Assembly: GCF_009914755.1 (NCBI RefSeq)
Contig: NC_060932.1
Reading direction: 5' to 3' (one strand)
DNA from: the human T2T-CHM13v2.0 reference genome, Homo sapiens
Length of the DNA: 64,000 nt
Shown here: one piece after another, positions 28,440 through 46,335 of the stretch
Layout: every line of letters begins with the position of its first letter
Position numbering within the stretch: position 1 is the stretch's first letter
The notes under the pieces: model-generated
The model's database searches: none
What the model was told of the DNA's origin: nothing
The model's input: only the letters and a program-made list of their open reading frames with translations
Translations under genes and position numbers: made by a program

Positions 28440-29674
28440 TCTCTGTAGCTCTTTTGGCCAAACTGTTCTCACTGTTTTGGCTTTGCCTTTAGCCTGGCTT
28501 CCCTGGTAGCACGAATGTGGTAGTGGTCCAGACCACATGGGAATGTGCCACCTGGGAAAGGAAGAGGAAGAAGACTCTTCTTAACTGAAAACCATCAAGC
28601 AGACGTCCCGGCCTTCACTTTGGTTAGAAGAACTTAGATCACATGCCATCCTTACACCAAGGCAAGCAGGAGGGGGTCTCCCTGGTTTGTAGCCAGGGCC
28701 CGAAGCTGGACCTGGGGATTGGATCTGTGCCAGCCCAAGCTGGGAACTGCATCATGGTGGGGAAGGGCATGGGCACTGGGAAGCATGTTCACTGCTCACT
28801 TTAAAACAAGAAAATTAGAGTAAATGTCAACTGAAATGTCACCTTTAGTGACATCTTTCAGTTTCTTCCATTGCATATCAGCACTCCTTCTGGGCTCGTT
28901 CAGGATTTGCTTGTTTATATAATAGCAATTATATCACAGTTGCTAGAGTTATATTTTTGTTTAACATCTATTCTCTTTACTAGACAATCTGGGCAGAGCC
29001 CAAGTCCAACATCTTTTATTTCCTTTAGTATAGCCTCATACTCAGTAGGGGCTCACTCTTTCTCTCCATTTTTTTATCCAATAAACTTTGTTCCCCCACA
29101 AAGCAAGGACAGAGTTTCAAGCCCAGCTGACCGAAAGAGTCTAAATAGAGTGTCTGAACTGTATTTTCCTGACCAAAGCTTGACTCTCTCCTCCAGACTT
29201 ACTGGCTATGTGATGCAGGACAAGCTACTTACCTCTCTAAATCTCAGTTTCCTCAATTATAGAATGGGGATAACAGTACTATTCACCTTATAGAGTTGTT
29301 CAGAAAAGTAAGTGAAATAATGTCTATAAAAGTGCTTAGCACAGGGCTAACTCATGGGAAGTGCTCACCAACGTTAGCAATGGCTCTTTTTTTTGGTCAC
29401 TGGGTGTGTGTTTGGGCACGTTGGATGAATCTACCAAGGCTGCAATTTCTTTATCTGTGAATGGCGGAAAACAATCTCTACTTTATGAGGCTGGTGTGAA
29501 GAACAAAAAGGAAGATCTTGGCATACAGTAGGTGTCGACTAAATGTTAATTCCAAGTCACTTTCTCCATGCCCATCCCAGCATGGAATAAGAGGGAGACA
29601 TCCCTTTCATTCCTTCTGTACCTCCCACAGATGGAAAAGGAGTTTGAGAACCTAAAGTTTTGTTTTATAAATAA

Positions 29675-30655
29675 GGATGAAGGATCCCTTATTCGAAAGG
29701 CTTGGGACCAAAAGTTTTTCAGATTTTAGATTTTAGAATATTTGCATATACATAATGAGATATCTTGGGGATGGGACCCAAGTCTAAACATGAAATTCAT
29801 TTCTATTTCGTATATACCTTATACACATAGCCTGAAGGTAAATTTATACAATACTTTAATAATTCTGTGCATGAAACAAAGTTTGTGTACACAGAACCAT
29901 CAGAAAGCAAAGATGTCACTATCTCAGCCACCCACATGGACAATCTGTGGTTGTTTGGCATCACCACCATTCCTGACTCTGAATTTATATGCTACTGAGA
30001 AACAATCATTTTCTCATATTTACTCACACATGAGGACCTAGCAATACAAAATGGACATACCATTAATACAGTAAAGAATCGTGTGTTCAGGGTAAAGAAG
30101 CAGCACAGTGCATCACCAAAATACCTGGATCACCTGCTAAACAACAGCAGCAACAAACAGTGGCTGGCTTTTAGTCTCCACCTGTGATGCTGTGTTTTGA
30201 CTAAAAGGTTACTGTACACTGTATTTTATTTTATTTTTTTGCAGTGAGAAGAAACATCAGAAGCACTTGAGGGACCAAAAGTGGGTCCTCCAGGGAGGAG
30301 GAGGCATTCTGTTGGATGTTTTAAAAAATCTTTCCTCCAGAGTCATCTGCCTCATCAACAACAGTTTTGTCTTAGAAGTCTTCTTTGCATCATGGGGAAC
30401 CTGCCACTGGCGGGTCCAGCCTGCACACGTAGCATTTATTACCCTTTGTGGGTATGCTCGGAAAAGATACATCACAGCTGGGAGGGTCTCCTTTCCCTTG
30501 GGGATGCTGAATAAACTGTCATGCGTCTGTTTTAACTGTGACCATCACATGAGGTCAGGTGTAAAATTTTCCTCTGTGGCATTATGTCCAAAAGGAGACT
30601 CAAACAGTTTCAGATTTTGGATTTCAGGTTTTGCTTTAGGAATGCTCAAACTGTA
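29675..30655. mobile_element. Tigger4/Zombi internally deleted DNA transposon
   Basis: atcccttattcgaaaggcttgggacc...gagatatcttggggatgggacccaagtctaaacatgaaattc...aatgctcaaactgta. Confidence 0.8.
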
Positions 30656-31367
30656 TTTAGAAATCAGGGGCAAAGAAACCCTTCCCTATGCTTACAGTGA
30701 CATTGTGGTTGAGATCTGATAGTTGTAGACCATGCAATCCAGTTCTGTGGTTCTTTTTCCGACCACTGTCAACCACATTGGGCTTTCAGACAAACCTGCA
30801 GACAGTGAGGTTGAAACTTGGGTTGGAACAGAAGAGTGATACTTACGTGAGCAGCTGCAAAATGTTCTCACTTACGTTTGTGAAAGTCAATGCTGGCCAA
30901 GGCAGGGGAACTCTTGCATTTTTGTTAAGTTACTGACTTTTTTCCCCATTTGGATGTTTCCAGTTACCTTAGTGGACTTGTTTGTCCTGAGTCCCAGGAC
31001 ATTGTTTAAAATGCCAGTTGGCTCAGGTGGAAGCTACTAGACAAAAACAGCTTTACAGCATGAAAAATCTTTTGGATTTCAGACAGTGATTTATGCATTA
31101 GTGGCTGTGATGGGGGGCAGGAGGAGTTCAGCTATCTCTAGCCCATTATTCATTTCTGTATCGCAACCCCTCTCACATTACCTGATGTAGTGTCAGGGCT
31201 TAGCAGATAGTTGAGGACTGCATGAAGGGAGGAGGAATCACTACCAAATAGGCCAAAGCACAAATTCCAACCAATGATGTTTATAGCTTATTGATGGCAG
31301 AATTTTCAGGCTGGCCAGAGGCTTGTTTTGACATTTACTGACTTGTACTTTCAGAAAGATCAAGAGG

Positions 31368-31700
<333 letters not shown>

Positions 31701-32807
31701 TCAGTTAGGATAATGAGTGGTGTGAGCCCAGGCAAAGTGACCATATCCCTGAGTGTGTAATTGATGAGTGTCCAGGGCCTGCCAGTTCAGCTTGGGGATG
31801 GGGGCAGAAAGTTCCTGCTGCTAAGCCCCTCTGGAAGGTCATTACGTTCAGGTTAGGGATCATGATGTTATTCTCTATTTTTCCTGTCACCTCACTCTTA
31901 TCAAGACTTCTGTGTGCGGTAACACAGGGGAACACAGGCTTAGAGAAGCTGGATCTGGAAGGGGCCTGTGTTTATCCATTGGGCCTGCCAACCATAGGCA
32001 TCAGAATTATCTGGCATACTGGCTCAAAATACAGATTCTTGATTCCAACTCTTGACCTGCTCAACTGGCTTCTCTGAACCAAGTTATTCCTCAAGTTATT
32101 CTTACGTACACTGAAATTCGATATCCACTCTTTTCATCCAGCTTATTTATTTTCTATAAGAAGAAAATGAAACCCAGAGAAGTAAAGTGACTTCCCTAAC
32201 ATCACACAGCTAGTTTGCAAGAGGAGATGATTCCACTGTGCTGTCAGGAGTGCTGAATTCTCTTTTACGTGTTGTTGTAAAGTGTTTTCATCTGTATTCT
32301 CCCATTTGGTTTTCTCAACCACTCTTTACATGAGAAAAAATATATTATTTGTTTTCATGTCATGAAGAAAAGCAGTTTTTATTTCTATTTCTGTGTTAGC
32401 AGCCAGACATGACCTTCTCAAGAAAGTTACCACTGGCCCATCTAGCACCTTTGTGCAAATTAGTAGAAGGCACTTTTTCTTCCAGGAAAATAAAAGTCTG
32501 TCCCATGTGACCAGCATGCGGGCTGGATGTGAGCCCCTCCTCTCATTCTTGGTTGAATGGGCTTGGGCAGTTTCCAACCTGTACAACTATGCATGACAAC
32601 CTTGCTCTTAAGGATGAAGATCATGTCTTGTACTTTTGTTTTTATTTCCCGGTGCCTAGCCCAGAGCTAGACTTATACATGTTGAAGAAAAGTGGTTGAA
32701 ATAAATTGCCCAAGGCTACCTGATTTATCAGTAGCAGGACTGGAACCTCTGATTCTAAGGCATGGCTCCCAGATACCTTACACAGGAGACGGCAAACTGA
32801 AATCTGA

Positions 32808-33158
<351 letters not shown>

Positions 33159-33691
33159 AAGACCAGTATAATTTAGTTCTCCAGAAATAAATTACTTTGG
33201 AATGACCCCTGAAAACCAGTCTTCAAAGTCAAGGCTGGATTTGTGGAAATTCCCAACCCCGATGTCAGCACCAAAAAATGTAGCTGAGAATAGCCTGATT
33301 CCCCCAACCCCCTTCAATAATTCAAATTTTATCCTCTGCGTTTGGCAGAAGTTAAATAACAGTTTGCCATTGCAGAGCAAAAAGTTCACTATCAACCCAT
33401 CTCTGCAACCCCTTGAAAGGTATAAACACCTGAACACTGGCAGTCCCACCTGGCCCATAATCACGGTAGTAGCACTTTGGCCTAGTAATAAACATCCAAC
33501 TCTTAGCCTTTTTATTACACTGCTCTTTCAAAGAAGCATTTAGCTAATGTTATCAGAGAGAGGGGCCTGTTTCCCCTCAGAATGCCTCTGAGGAGTACCT
33601 TTTTATTGCCCAGGGGTGGAACATTCTCAGCTTCAGCTGTAAATCATAGAGTTGCCAACTTTTATTGAGCTCTTTGCAGGGACCAGGCCAT

Positions 33692-33720
33692 GGGCTCAGG
33701 GCTCAGGGCTCAGGGCTCAG
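33692..33720. repeat. (GGGCTCA)4 heptamer repeat within a MIR
   Basis: gggctcagggctcagggctcagggctcag, read directly. Confidence 0.9.
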
Positions 33721-33903
33721 GTCTTTCCTGATTCTCTCATTTCATCCCCACAGTCACCCTATGAAGTAGGTGTTATTATTCTCATTTTACAGATAAGGAA
33801 ACTGAGTCAGAGCTGTTAAGTAACTTGCCCAAGATTACATAACTAGTAAGTGGCAAAGCCAGGACTCGAACTCACACCCCAGGGTATCTGACTGCTAACC
33901 TGT

Positions 33904-34252
33904 TGTATTAGTCCATTCTCATGCAACTAATGAAGACATACTCGAGGCTGGGTAATGTATAAAGGAGAGAGGTTTAATTGACTTACAGTTCCACATGGCT
34001 GGGGAGGCCTCACAATCATGGTGGAAGGTGAAACGAACGTCTTACATGGCAGCAGGCAAGAGGGCATGTGTAGGGGAACTCCCCTTTATAAAACCATCAG
34101 ATCTCTTGAGACTTATTCACTATCATGTGAACAGCATGGGAAGAACCCGCCTCCATGATTCTGTTACCTCCTACCTGGTCCCTCCCACAACACGTGGGGA
34201 TTATACAATTCAAGGTGAGATTTGGGTGGGGACCCAGAGCCAAACCATATCA
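33904..34252 (-). mobile_element. THE1 solo LTR nested in a MIR
   Basis: TG...CA termini; TSD cctgt/cccgt; THE1 motifs. Confidence 0.9.
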
Positions 34253-36247
34253 CCCGTGTTGCTAACTCTCACACCATACTCCCTTAGCCTTGTGTGATGA
34301 GCTCTGGACTAGGTGCTGGGCACAAAGACCTGGGGACCGAGCCTCGTCTTTTTTGTGGGCGTTTATGCTTTTCTATGTTCACTGAGTGCTTACTGTGTGG
34401 TCAACACCATGCCCAACAGTTTTTATTGATTTATATGCATTTTCTAATTTAATCCTTAAAGCAAACCTATGAGGAAGTACTATTGCCCCTACTGTCTTTG
34501 TGAGAAGGTCAAGCTACTCACTCAAGGAGAAGGTAGGATTCCAAGTGCAAGTTTGCATGACTCTGAAGCTTGTTCTCACCCAGTGGACCACCCTTACTGG
34601 AATCTAGCAGTGTAGACAGAAATGCAGATTCCTGGGTCAAACGCTGGATCTACTGAATCACAGTCTCTCGCAGTGGGGCCAAGAAATCTGCTTTTCTGCC
34701 AAATATCCCAGATGGGCGCAGTGTGTGTTATGTTTAGAACTCACTTCTCTATCATGATGCTGGCAATGTAGACATTCCATGTTTTGAAAATTCATGGATT
34801 GTACGTTTCTGATTTATGTACTTTCCTTTATCAATCTTATATCTTAAAAAGTTTGCTTAAAAAGTCCCCTCCCATGTAGGACATAGTCTCTTCACTATGA
34901 ACACTTTGCTTCTTTGCTAGTCTATCTCACACGTCATCACACTGTTAAATTTCCAACTGTAATTCGCATGGGACACCACGGCGCACTGGGCCTGAAAAAC
35001 CAGGCTATGAGAATGTCCTGGAATCACCTCCTTCCTACCTTAACGCAATCACACAAAGGTTACCGGCAGTTCTCATTTTCTTTTCTCCAGATAATTCCTC
35101 CAAAATAGATTACCCAAGTGCCTCACTCTGAAAACTTCCATCGTGTTCTCTCAACCCTGAAACCCAAATCAGTACAAAACGGTCCCTTGGGGCCATCCCT
35201 CTTGACTAATTCTCAAAGTTTCCACCACCAAGTTGTGGGGTGGTACCGGGAACTTCTCCTTTTGGGCTTATTTGGCCCATGAATCACTCTTTGACTAACC
35301 TCGTCAGCTGTTGTTTTCCCCGCAACACTCGGTGAGTGTTTTTCCTCCTCTTCCACCTTCCTTGTCTTCTTTTGGAACCTCTGTAGAACCTTACAACAGA
35401 AATATCTCTTAATCTTCAACCTCTATTGATTCATCCACTCATTTATTCTTTCACTTACTTATTTACAGACATTTATTAAGCATCCACATGTACCAGGAAC
35501 TCTGCTAGGGGCAAGAATTTAGAAAATAAACAAGAATGTGGGCCCTTTCCTCAGGGAACACAGTGTTTCCAAGTCACTTTTGACAAATACTTCTGGAGCT
35601 GACTCTTTTAATAATAATGGTCTTGCTGTTGATGATATTTTTGAGCCTTTTCTTCATGGCAGAACCTCTAATAGTTATTTTAGATGTATTGCTTAATATT
35701 CTCAACAACTTCATGAGGTAGGTACCACTATTGTCTCCAAATAATACAGATGAGGGAATCGAGGCCCAGAGAAGTCGTATCACTTTCCCAAGATCACACA
35801 GTTCATAAGGGCTGAATTCTAGAGCTAATCTGGAGTCTGACCCCAGAGACAGGCCTTTTTAATTACCACAGGCTCTCTGAGCCCTACAAACCATCCAGTG
35901 AGAAGTGTCAGAAGTGCAAGGAAAATAGACAAAAGAGAGAAGAAGAAAGATGTTAAACAAGACTCTGGTGAGAACATAATTTTACCCTGGTTGACTCTGG
36001 ATATAAGGGCATCTGAAAAGCACATTGGCTATAAAAGTGTGTTTCCAACAGTCCTAGAGCCATCCTTTCTAAAAGATAACATGTTCCCCAAACCATAGAA
36101 CCATAAAATCTCAGTGTTGGGCAGGATCTTGATGTGGTATAACCCAAATCCCACTAGATGCTGAATCTCTTTACAATCTCATCATCAAATCTGAAACCTG
36201 TCAGCCCTTGGCTTCCATTCATCTGCGTAAGTTCTGAGTTGTGGGAA

Positions 36248-36290
36248 AGTAATGGCAAAAACTGCAATTACTTTTGCACCAACCTAATAG
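36248..36290. mobile_element. Made1 (mariner MITE) half element
   Basis: taatggcaaaaactgcaattacttttgcaccaacctaata equals the Made1/Hsmar1 TIR. Confidence 0.8.
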
Positions 36291-36321
36291 CTTGATAGTG
36301 GTAATCATTTCCCAATGTATA

Positions 36322-36835
36322 TGTGGGATATGATGAGGTTTCTCTTCAAATAATCTAATCAATCTTTTATTCTTTAATTTATAATAACGCCCCCCCCCCA
36401 CCTTTTTTTCCTTTTTCTCCTTTTTTTCCTTTTTGCATTTGTTAGATGCCCAGGCACGCCACAGGACAGGCGTTATCAGTACCAGCTCACGTTCCTTTCC
36501 TTATTTAAAAAGAAGACTAACTTTCTAGCTCATTACACACACCCCTTCCCCTTCCTCTCCACTTTCTTTTACGTGCCCACCTTACCTAAAAAAATTCAAA
36601 CGTTTAGCCAACTGGGATTATTTTAAATTATACAGCCTGACCCCAGCCAATGGGGAAAGAGTGCAGGGGCAAGACTTGCCGTCAAAAATAAAGGCTCTCG
36701 TGCCCTTTGTTCAGGTGGGCTCTCATGGCGACTAGCCAAGGAGGCACCCCTCTGCCCAAAAATAAAATTGCTTTGCTAAAAATCCTTTGTTCAAGTGTTC
36801 AATTTCCTTAAAATTTTTTAGCGTTATTCCTAACA
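36322..36835 (+). mobile_element. LTR10-family (ERV1/HERV-I, LTR10C-like) solo LTR inserted in an L1 3' fragment
   Basis: TGTGGGATATGATGAGGTTTCTCTTCAAAT...GTTATTCCTAACA; 4-bp TSD tata/cata; CCAAT and AATAAA motifs. Confidence 0.75.
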
Positions 36836-37303
36836 CATACATATTTCAAAAATCACATTCTACAACTTGAATATATACAGTTTTTGCTGTTTAGATTTCA
36901 GTAAAGCTAGGAACAAATGTTATGCTCTTTGGGATTTCTCACGTTCTTTGATTCATATGTCTATACCTGAGTCAAATTCACTTGTTCATCAGTTAAATCA
37001 CAAAATACTATGTCATGGATCTTCCACATCCTCAGAAATACCACAAGTGGCAGGGGCTTCAATTCACACAGGCCAACAGTTGTCTCCTTCAAGGATCTCA
37101 GGTGCAAATGTCTTTGGGGTCAGTCAAGTTACATGAAAGAATGAAGTAGGCAGGGGGTAAGAACCGTGATGAACCAAACAGCACGCCTTCTGGACAATGA
37201 TTGCCATGTGGTACTATAGGCTCCGTATTGCCAGATCTTTCAATTTGTCAAGAGAAGCCAGAAATCTAATTTTTTTTTAAATGTAAACTTTTCTGATTTT
37301 TAA

Positions 37304-37522
<219 letters not shown>

Positions 37523-38074
37523 TGACGTGGGCCACATTGGATCCCCAGTTGGCCGGTGTGACCTCTCATCTGTGGCACTTGGCTGATGTGAAGCCTTGGG
37601 AAGGGACAGTTGGAGGAAAACATGCAGAAGTGAGAATTGATGCTGAGGTGGCAAGCAAGAAGCAGAGTTGGGATTGACAGTTAGGGGAAGTATCCTGGAA
37701 GGAAGAAAGCCAGAGGGAAGAAGGGAGTTTCCGGGATCCTTGAATTATATGGAATCATTACACAGAATTGTTCAGAGACAGTCTGAATTACGTTCCAAGT
37801 TTGCAGAAGTCTCAGAGATGGAGACCACCACCAGGAAAGAATTTAGATTCCCCCTTTTTAACTTCTTTGATTACATGGCAATATTGCTCATTTGTGCCAT
37901 GTATAATATAGTGTGTATATATAGATATGTATGCACACATGGTAGTGAACATATATGTATATAAATTCAAGTTTGTAGACATTAAATAAACTTTAGAGCA
38001 ATATGAAATAAATTTCATGAAAAAAATGGCTCCTACACAGCAGTTATTTTCTTTGTACACCCTACTGATAATTA

Positions 38075-38210
38075 TTTTTTCTTTTTTAGAGATAGGGTCT
38101 CACTCTGTCACCCAGGCTGGGGTGGCACGATCATAGCTCACTGCAACCTCAAACTCCTAGGCTCAAGCCACCCTCCTGCCTTGGCCTCCCTGGAATTACA
38201 GGCATGAGCA
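38075..38210 (-). mobile_element. Monomeric Alu (FLAM-like)
   Basis: Single-arm antisense Alu sequence. Confidence 0.75.
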
Positions 38211-38738
38211 AGGACATGGGGCCCCTATCCATAATTTTATTCTCAGCTGTAGTCTAATTGTGCATAGAATGGTAAGTGTACCTTTAGGGTTGTTGTAGAA
38301 AGGCTGGGGTCTGATTTCAGTAGGCATGGGTTTTATACTCAGCTCTGTCACTTTTAAGCTGTGCGATCTTGAGAAGTTACTTAACCTTTGTGGGCCTCAC
38401 TTGGTATTTCTCATTTGTAAAATGAGAGCATCTGGAAGATTCTATCAGGAATGAACAGAGAATATCTCTTTAAGCCCAAGGCTTCATTACTCTCCGGGCT
38501 ACAGTTAAGAATGGGCTGTTGCCCAAGGGAGTCATTCTGGTCCTGTTGTTTAAGGGCCCGTGGAATAGTTAATGCTCTGGATTGGATAATGGCTTCAACA
38601 TGTCCTGAGAAAGGAGAACAAAACATAAAAGTATTTTTCCTTAAAAATTTGCTTTTATTTAGATGGGATTTAGAGACATGACCTGTCAAACCTTCCTCAG
38701 AAACATTCTTCAAATATTCTTCACCTCCATCCCCATAG

Positions 38739-39338
<600 letters not shown>

Positions 39339-40092
39339 GACACCATGCATTTTTAAATCCCGCTCCCTCTGCATGGATTGTTTATTTGCTTCTTGACAAA
39401 CCCCTAATTCTCTTTCTAGGTATTGGGGATTCTGCAGGATATATGTGGTGATGTTATTCCTTTCCACACACAGCTGCACTGTGCCTGACACAGGATAGTA
39501 AGAAGGTACTCAATGAATGCTATTTTGATGGGTGAATGAATGGAGGGATGAATCCTTGAATAAGTGAGTGAACCAGTGAGCAAATGAATGATGAATGGAT
39601 CAGTCAATGGAGAGTTGGAAGGATGAATGAAAGAGTGAATGGACAAATGGAGAAGTGAATCGTGGAATAAATGAGACACATGAATGCAGGCAATTAATTC
39701 ATGGTTTTTAGAAAGCCAGACTATGTGGCCAGAAAGGAAAACAGAAATGGCAGAAGAGAGACAAATGAAAGCCCCCTTTTGTTTCTCTGCAGCTACCAGC
39801 AGAAGGGCTAGTGCTGCTCTCTCTTCTTTCTGACTCCAACCTCGACTGTTCTTTTGCCCTGGGTTACCTTGACCTTGGCATTTCCATGGAGAAGTTGACT
39901 GCTTGCCTGGACACAGTCTGCTCTCTCTTGCCCTGTGTTTTCAGAACAGGCCACTCACTCTGCACAATTAGAGAACGTGCACCTGAGAAGGCTCGCAAGC
40001 TGTGACTCTTGGGGAGAGAGCAAAGAGGAGGATGCTGGGAAGGTGGGTTCTGTGGTCTCACACTGATGGAAAAAAAAAAAAAAAGCAGACAA

Positions 40093-40420
<328 letters not shown>

Positions 40421-41991
40421 CTATTATTTTGAAAGTCTTGCAGCAGTTCCAAGGGAGCCAGGGAAGCTTTGGGATACCGTCCTGCTGGGTCCCTGGAAGG
40501 GTTTTCTTCATTGATAGCCTAGTCCTCACCACAGGAGGCACCAGGGTACATGTGTCTTCACACTTCCCTGTTTCTGTTGCTTAACTTGTCCCCATTCCCC
40601 ACTCCGCAATTAGGATACCTGTGAGAGCTGCCATTGATTGAGTACTTAGTATTTCCCATATATGATCTTATTCCTTCTTTATAACACTTATGCAGTAAGT
40701 ATTCTTATCCTCATTAAATAAATGTGGAAATTGTGTCTCAGTGAGGTTAGGTAAGTGGCCCTAGTCCACATAGGGATCTGTATGTAGTGAAACTGGGATT
40801 CAAATACAGAGTTGTTTGACTCCAAAGTCCATATTCATAAACAGTACAGGGTGTAGCTATTAGGATTTCTCTAAGAGTGTATCCTAGGATCCCCACAGGA
40901 GACAGATGGCCCATTCTAAAGGCATTATTGTGGGGAGTTTAATAAGGGATCAGTTCAAATGTGTGGGAGATTTTCAGGTAAACTGAGGAAGGCTGGCGAA
41001 ACCCTGGGGGCTAGCAACAGCAGGGAGCTGCTTCCACCCTTAGGTCTGAAGACATCAGGGTAAGCAGCGCTTTCCTGAACTGGAGAGAAGGAGCCACCTG
41101 ACAAGAATTGTGCCCTTGGCAGAGGACTCCAGACAATGGCCATTCTCTCCCCGGGTGTTAACATAGAGCTTGGCACTTTGTGGGCCTTCAGAATGATGAG
41201 TTAAATTTGCTGAGTGCTAGTATCACACAAGGGTAGTTTGTTCAAGTGTTGTTTATCGTGCCAAGTTAATAGGTTTGCATTCCATGCTTCCTGCTTTTGT
41301 AAATTTTTAAAGCATGCAAGCCAGATCTAATAGTTCTAATTACTTAAAGGCCTCAGTTCTTTTTAGAATTCTATGGAGCCTCTATCTCTGAGTTTCCATA
41401 CTCCTTGTTTACTTATTAATGTCAGATTTTGGACTACCTTCATACTTGCTATGTACTTTGATTCTTCCCCAACAAAACTAGAAACATCAGGGAATAGATT
41501 GTACACAAAGTGATATGATAGTTGGAGTATCAGAGGAGGTGTCAGAATACTCTTCCACTGACTACTGTTTGGCAAGTGGCCAAACCTCTTTGAACCTCAG
41601 TTTTCTCATCTGCAAAATAGGGATAACAAGTAAGAACATGCGTGTGAAGGTTCTGAAGCTAATACACGCAAAAGTGTTCATGACTTTAACAGTGGAGCAA
41701 GATAGTGGATTTTAGTGACTCTCAGACAATTCTTCCATTGAGATTTTTAGAGCTATCACAGTAAAAGGCTACAAAGAAAGTCAGAGGGCTTTGGGGGTAG
41801 AACATCAGAGAGCAAGTGTAGATTGCAATCGTCTCCTAGTGAATATCTTAATCCTGAGTATTTGGGGGTTATAAATAGATTAATCTAAAGTGAAACAAAT
41901 GAAAAGTATTAATGCAAAAAGTTGGCGTAAAAAGCTTCAAAAATAGAAACTAGGCTGGAAGTTTGGAAGTAAAATTCCATCATGTTCTAGA

Positions 41992-42190
41992 ACAAGGCGG
42001 GAAAACTTTTTCTACAAAGGGCCAGATAGTGAATATTTTAGGCTTTATGAACTGGTCTCTGCCCCGTCTTACACAAAAGTAGCCATACACAAACCATAAA
42101 TGGATAGATGTAGCTGGGTGCCAATGAAGCTTAATTGCAAAAGTTGGTGGCAGTCTAGATTTTGTCTGTCAACATAATTTATCAACTCCT
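41992..42190 (-). mobile_element. MER58A-like MITE
   Basis: aaactttttctacaaagggccagatagtgaatattttaggcttt. Confidence 0.7.
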
Positions 42191-42489
42191 CTTTTAAATG
42201 AGCTCAGCTTTTCTATGCCAATACAAGCTAGAGAAATTGCCCACTGTCTCCTTTATTGTTATGTTAGATGATAAGAGAGAGGATTGATATTTACTGAGCA
42301 CTTGACATCAGTCACTATACGAAGCATATGACACAGATAATCTCATTTAATCCCATGAAGGCAGTGCTATTACCTGTATCTCCATTATACATTTTTAGTG
42401 ATTGAGCCGGGATCCAAATATGGTCCTGTCTTACTCTAAAGCTCAAACTCAGTCCACTTCACATTACTTACAGGTATGTCAAGCCTTTT

Positions 42490-44950
<2,461 letters not shown>

Positions 44951-45959
44951 TATAAAGTGCACTTTCATAGAGAGTACTTTTACTACTTCCCAGAAAATGC
45001 AAGGACCTACGAGAGTACTTGAACTCCATTCGCCTCTCCTGTTTTTTGTGTTCATGACACATTACATGAATATTATACATATATATCTCAGAGGGAGTAT
45101 ATACCACAATGTTAAGATTATTACTTCTGGATGGTGGGGGTTAGGATGATATATTTTTATCTGTACATTTTGCTTTTTCAACAATAATCATGTGCTTTGC
45201 CAAAAAAATTTTTAAAGAAGACAGAAGGGAGAAGAACACTTGCCATGCAGACCCTTTAAGCCAGAGCACTTCCTCCCTGCTCAGCTGCTCTGCACAGACA
45301 GACTCTTGTCTCCCCACTGGACAACAAGGGTGAATCAGAATGTGGGCCAGGCTGTGAGTGAGCAGGAAACCCTTCAGGCCAGTGAGGGATGCAGAGTCAC
45401 AGTTCAAGCAGAATGAGGAGACATGCAGCCCAGTTGCTGCTTGCTTACCAGCTCATCTGTCCCAAGAGCCAAAGGCCACTCTATTCAGGATGATCAGCAA
45501 TATCTGGTTGTGGACGTGTTTGAGCCCAGAGCAGCTGAGAACAGGATGTTGTGCAATGCCTGGGTAAATCCAGAGCCTTCCTTTCTCAGAGCCTGTGGAT
45601 GCTGCCAGCAGGCCTAAGCCGATACGAAAGATAATTAGGCACAAATTCACAGTAACCTTTTATTCCTCACACTGCCTTCTCAGGCGTGGCTTTTGTCCAA
45701 ATTATGGGGCAGGTCAAGCTCAATGCTTCATCCCTTCTCTGCCTGCCTCTGACTTCCTGAGTCTAGGCCTATCAAAACCCAACTGTCCTGGGGTCTCATT
45801 TCTGCAAAACTCTACTCTCTGCTAGGTGATAAGGGGGGTGATTAAGTGAAAATACTGCTCTGTATTTCTCTAATGCTTTTAAACTATTTCCATCTAGATT
45901 TTTTTTCTGAGTCCTACAACAAGAGAATACAGAAACCACCGAAGTGAAGTTTTCTACCA

Positions 45960-46168
45960 GTTTTCTTTTTTTTTTTTCATTTTTTAAAAATTATACTTTA
46001 AGTTCTAGGGTACATGTGCACAATGTGCAGGTTTGTTACATATGTATACATGTGCCATGTTGGTGTGCTGCACCCATTAACTTGTCATTTACATTAGGTA
46101 TATCTCCTAATGCTATCCCTCCCCCATCTCCCCACCCCACGACAGGCCCTGGTGTGTGATATTCCCCT
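45960..46168 (-). mobile_element. Short 5'-truncated L1PA 3' end
   Basis: ttatactttaagttctagggtacatgtgcacaatgtgcaggtttgttacatatgtatac; flanked by tttctacca on both sides. Confidence 0.92.
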
Positions 46169-46298
46169 TTCTACCATCGAACTTATAAAAGGACCTACGT
46201 ATGTGTCAATTCTCTTCTGTTTTTTTTCTTGTTTTACAGTTTTAGTACAAAAAGGAGTAATTTGGTAGGAATCTTTTTAATGTATTGCCCTTGTACTT

Positions 46299-46335
46299 TG
46301 AGAGCACCAAATCCTGACCACTAGACCACTAGGGA
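46299..46335 (-). pseudogene. tRNA-Glu(CTC) 5'-half tailless retropseudogene
   Basis: Minus strand TCCCTAGTGGTCTAGTGGTCAGGATTTGGTGCTCTCA matches nt 1-37 of human tRNA-Glu-CTC at 33/37 positions; flanked by ~17-bp direct repeats. Confidence 0.88.

Noticed and set aside
30257-30719. ORFs inside Tigger4 as a possible transposase
   Set aside because: The element is internally deleted and degenerate; no intact DDE transposase frame.
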